From the NCBI GenBank assembly GCA_018402365.1, contig JAGYJD010000005.1, positions 11,123 through 75,122 of the forward strand: a stretch of 64,000 nucleotides of DNA, given 5' to 3'. The position numbers were made by a program, and so were the translations under genes. The DNA is from Candidatus Nanopelagicales bacterium. Lineage in GTDB: Bacteria > Actinomycetota > Actinomycetes > S36-B12 > UBA5976. Under the pieces are notes generated by a model. It did not search any database, was not told the origin of the DNA, and worked only from the letters and a program-made list of their open reading frames with translations. Positions 60,495 to 64,000 of this stretch are shown here, one piece after another; position 1 is the stretch's first letter; each line of letters begins with the position of its first letter.

Positions 60495-60510
60495 ACCCCA
60501 GTCAGTCTTT

Positions 60511-61377
60511 TTAGTATCTGGCCTTCATAAATTTAATTGCTTTTTCAGCTAGATCATGGGAGTCATCCCATAGATTTCGCCAAATACGCAAGGCATTGGA
60601 TAACGCTGGGTCCACCACCACTGATGAAAATGATTCAAAAGTAATGGGGCCTGAGTAATTGATGGTCTTTAAGGCTCCAAAAAATGAATCAAAGTCCACA
60701 TTGCCAGTACCTAAATAACCGCGATGACTCTCGCCAATATGAACATAGCCAATGCGATCTGCTGCTGCCAGCACTCCCTCAACCATGCCGTCTTCTTCTA
60801 TATTCATGTGATAAGTATCTAAATGTAGGTAAACGTTGGGCTTATCTACCTCTTCTAAATAAAGCAAGCCTTCTTTGGCTGTATTCATTAGGTTACTTTC
60901 GTATCGATTCACGATTTCAATATTTAGATTAATTCCTTTGTCCGCGGCATAATCAGCCATACGCTTCATAGCCCCGACTGAATTGGCACGATTCTCTTTT
61001 GTGGCAGGTTGCTCATACGGCTGCAAACTTGAGGCAAAGGGACCATCAAATTCAACTCCGCCGATAGCAGCTAGTTTGTCTATCGCCTGTCGCGCTAGCT
61101 CTTCTCCGGCTTTAACAATTGACTTATCAGCACTCGAAATATCGGTACTGGCGGTTAAAACAAAACAGCCCGCAGCTTTTAAATTAAATTCCGCAAGTAA
61201 ATCTTTGGTCATTGCTGCATCAATTTTTTCGGGTTCCGCAATCAAGATTTCAATCAGATCATAACCCGCTTTATGAGCGCTGCTGGCAGCAAAGCGGGCA
61301 CTCTTTGGTGACCAATCCCCTGCCCAAACAAGCGAGTGCCCTCCAAATTCTAAAGGTTTCTTATCTGAAATTGACAT
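60511..61377 (-). CDS. ketose 3-epimerase (D-tagatose/D-allulose/L-ribulose 3-epimerase family)
   Basis: EIVNRYE, HLDTYHMNIEE, HIGESHRGYLGTG, FESF and IWRNLW motifs. Confidence 0.88.
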   Translation of the reverse strand: MSISDKKPLEFGGHSLVWAGDWSPKSARFAASSAHKAGYDLIEILIAEPEKIDAAMTKDLLAEFNLKAAGCFVLTASTDISSADKSIVKAGEELARQAIDKLAAIGGVEFDGPFASSLQPYEQPATKENRANSVGAMKRMADYAADKGINLNIEIVNRYESNLMNTAKEGLLYLEEVDKPNVYLHLDTYHMNIEEDGMVEGVLAAADRIGYVHIGESHRGYLGTGNVDFDSFFGALKTINYSGPITFESFSSVVVDPALSNALRIWRNLWDDSHDLAEKAIKFMKARY

Positions 61378-61422
61378 TTAAGTTCCTTTCATCTAACGTC
61401 GGAGACTGGACATAATAGACAG

Positions 61423-61458
61423 ATACTAAGGGAGAGTTCTTAACTCTTCAATAGTCTT
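61423..61458 (-). promoter_or_regulatory. epimerase promoter overlapping shared island motif, copy 2
   Basis: Minus strand AAGACTA-TTGAAG-N17-TAGTAT. Confidence 0.6.
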
Positions 61459-61495
61459 TGTCTTAATTTTTTTTAGGCTTATGAAAGGAATATCT

Positions 61496-62356
61496 GTGGG
61501 TGTTGTTTCTTTGAATGACATCTTGAAACCTGCCTTTGAAGAACGTTATGGTGTACCGGCGATAAATATTTTTAACGATCTAACTCTCGAAGCAGTACTT
61601 GCTGGTGCTGTTAAAGCTAAATCCCCCTTAATAGTACAAACCTCAGTCAAAACAGTAAAAAGTATTGGCGTTGAAGTTCTGGCAAACATGTGGCAAGCAA
61701 TGACAAAAGGCATCGAAGTTCCGGTCGCGCTGCATTTAGATCATTGCCCAAATCGTGATGTGATTACTGCCTGCTTAGAGCATGGGTGGAATTCAGTTTT
61801 GTTTGATGCCTCAGAATTACCAGTTGAAGAAAATCAAAGACAAACCATCGAAGTAGTAAAACAAGCTCGCGCTTTTGGCGCTTCGGTTGAGGGTGAAATT
61901 GAAGCAATAACTGGCGTTGAGGACGGACACGGATCAGACTCAATTGCGAAAAGAGAATCTTTAGAAACTTCTCTGACTTTTATTGAAGAAACTGGCATTG
62001 ATGTCTTTGCTCCCTCAATTGGCAATGCTCATGGCTCCTACAAGTCAACGCCTGTCATTGATTTTGATCGGGTCTCTGACATAGTTTCAAAAAAATCTAT
62101 CCCCATTGCACTTCACGGTGGAAGCGGATTAACTTTGGAGCAATTTCAAGAATTAATTTCACGCGGTTGTGCAAAAATTAATATATCAACGGCGCTCAAA
62201 GAGCTCTATATGAAATCTACTCTTTCTTTTCTTGTTGAAACAGAGAAAAAAAATAAGTGGGATCCCCCCTCATTATTTGCGGCCACTCGTGAGGACATTA
62301 TTGAGCTGGTGGTTGATTTAACTGAACAATTTGGTAGCAAAGACAAGGTTGGGTAG
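61496..62356 (+). CDS. class II ketose-bisphosphate aldolase
   Basis: HLDH, SVLFDAS, VEGE, IGNAHG, LHGGSG and KINIST motifs. Start GTG 61496 with RBS AAAGGA. Confidence 0.9.
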   Translation: MGVVSLNDILKPAFEERYGVPAINIFNDLTLEAVLAGAVKAKSPLIVQTSVKTVKSIGVEVLANMWQAMTKGIEVPVALHLDHCPNRDVITACLEHGWNSVLFDASELPVEENQRQTIEVVKQARAFGASVEGEIEAITGVEDGHGSDSIAKRESLETSLTFIEETGIDVFAPSIGNAHGSYKSTPVIDFDRVSDIVSKKSIPIALHGGSGLTLEQFQELISRGCAKINISTALKELYMKSTLSFLVETEKKNKWDPPSLFAATREDIIELVVDLTEQFGSKDKVG

Positions 62357-62365
62357 ATAACTTCG

Positions 62366-63149
62366 ATGCCCGCTTTGATTTTTGACTGTGATGGAGTACT
62401 GGCTGATACTGAAAAAGATGGTCACCTGCGCGCGTTTAATCAAACTTTTGAGCACTTTCACTTGCCGGTGCACTGGAGTGTTGTGGACTATGCAGAAAAA
62501 TTAAAAATTGGTGGAGGAAAAGAGAGACTAAAGAGTCTTTTAACTCCAGAATTTATTAGCAAGGCAGAACTCTCGCCCGATCCCAAAGCGCAAGCTGCGG
62601 CTGTGGCCGATTGGCATCGCTATAAAACTGACATCTATACAGACTTAGTCGAAAGTGGCGTTATGCCACCGCGGGCTGGAATTGCCAGAATTGTTAAAGA
62701 GGCACATGCGGCAGGCTGGAAACTTGCGGTCGCCTCCACTTCACACGCAAAGTCGGTCCAAGCTGTGCTTACTCATGCGGTGGGGGCTGAACTTGCTGCT
62801 GACTTTGCGGTTTTTGCGGGCGACATTGTGCCCCACAAAAAACCAGCACCAGATATTTACCGACTAGCGCTTGCCGAATTAGCGGTTTCGACTGCCCAGG
62901 CGATAGTGATTGAAGATAGTCAAAATGGTTTAGCGGCAGCCACTGCTGCTGGGCTTCGCACAGTTGTCACCATAAGTAGCTTCACCTCAGCAGAAAATTT
63001 TGCTGCTGCTTCACTCGTAGTCAGTTGCCTAGGTGACTTAGCTACCGGGCAACCGGCAAGCTGCTAGAAAATCCAGCTAACCTAACCTTAGGTGAAGAAT
63101 AACGCCTGCTGATTTGAAAAACATTTTAGAACTACCCGCAATAAATTAA
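62366..63149 (+). CDS. HAD-IA hydrolase, CbbY-like sugar phosphatase (C-terminus apparently frameshifted)
   Basis: FDCDGVLADTE, GGGKER, KKPAPDIY and IEDS motifs. The ORF stops at 63067, but a plausible tail (LENPANL...DLKNILELPAIN) continues in other frames to TAA 63149. Confidence 0.8.
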
Positions 63150-63173
63150 AAACCAATCATAAGGAGAGTAAAA

Positions 63174-64000
63174 ATGACACATTTAGTAAATGACCCTGTC
63201 GATTTTCCAGTTGAATTAGTTGACGGCTTTACAAAAGCAAACTCGAGATATGTAAAAAAAGTTTATGGCGGTGTGGTGCCGGGCTACTAAAAGTGCGCCG
63301 GGCAAGTTTCTATCATCACCGGCGGTGGAACAGGTCACTATCCGGTTTCATGGGTTGGGTTGGTCCTGGTTTAGTGGATGGCGCTGTCACCGGAAAAGTT
63401 TTTGCCTCCCCCTCTGCCTCGCAGGCCCGAAGTGTTGCAAAGGCTGCCGATCACGGTGGCGGAATCATTCTTGCTTTCCTAAATTACGCCGGCGATGTCC
63501 TGCATTTTGGTATGGCGGCTGAATTGCTTAAAGCTGATGGCTATGAAGTAAGAAGCGCCGTGGTAACAGATGATGTGGCCTCTGCCTCTAAAGAAGAAGT
63601 TAAGAAACGTCGCGGTATTGCTGGAGGTTTAGCGGTATTAAAAGTAGCCGCCGCCGCAGCTGAAGCTGGACTTGGCTTGGACGAAGTCTTTAGAGTTTTA
63701 AACAAAACAAATGATAGAACCAGAACTTTTGGGGTAGCTTTCTCAGGTTGTACCTTGCCCGGTTCTCAAAAACCCTTATTTGAAGTTCCAGCCGGAAAAA
63801 TCGCAGTTGGTTTAGGTGTGCATGGTGAACCTGGAATATTTGAAACAGATCTTGGAACCGCCGATGATGTAGCAAAATTATTGGTCGACAAACTTTTAGA
63901 TGAAGTTCCAGCTGGTGCAGGTAAGAAAGTTATTGCACTCTTAAATGGTTTGGGTTCTGCTAAATATGAAGAGCTCTATGTGACTTATGAATCTGTCGCT
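63174..64000 (+). pseudogene. DhaK-family kinase, LerK-like (L-erythrulose kinase), with three apparent indels; runs off the window
   Basis: RBS AAGGAG then MTHLVNDPVDF...GGVV / RATK / GGGTGHYP / GWVGPG...FASPS...NYAGDVLHFG...RRGIAG...GCTLPG...GLGVHGEPG...NGLGSAKYEEL, spread across shifting frames. May be sequencing error rather than a true pseudogene. Confidence 0.8.

Noticed and set aside
63265..63522. 85-aa Cys-rich ORF
   Set aside because: Off-frame reading of the frameshifted DhaK-family gene.

Overview
Chromosomal segment of a low-GC (roughly 40-45% by eye) actinobacterium with compact intergenic spaces and many apparently leaderless genes, resembling streamlined aquatic lineages such as Ca. 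Nanopelagicales (inference). Positions 1-37 kb are mostly core genes on the minus strand: a nucleoside/methylthio-purine salvage operon, topoisomerase IV B, sigA, SAM-IV riboswitch-metY-metX, miaB-miaA-dapF-hflX-dinG, recA-recX, rimO-pgsA-cinA-clgR, rodZ, ftsK, rnj and dapA. Inserted among them are a Phd/YefM-RelE toxin-antitoxin pair, a crtQ/crtO-like pair and a secreted repeat protein. Between dapA and thyX lies an IclR-regulated cassette (FGE-fold protein, DUF59 protein, amidohydrolase-fold protein) next to an ORF-free motif array. Positions 41-47 kb hold accessory genes, including three open but active-site-degenerate paralogs (CobT-, Ddl- and TsaC-like). From 47 kb to the end is a carbohydrate island: a two-ATPase ABC importer, LerI/DerI/LerK-like tetritol enzymes, two ketose 3-epimerase-family genes, an alkyl-DHAP-synthase-like oxidoreductase, Tm-1-like, creatininase-family and PfpI genes. 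The last kilobase has clustered frameshifts. I found no rRNA, tRNA, CRISPR array, transposase or integrase. All family assignments come from motif recognition and recalled homologues, not database searches.
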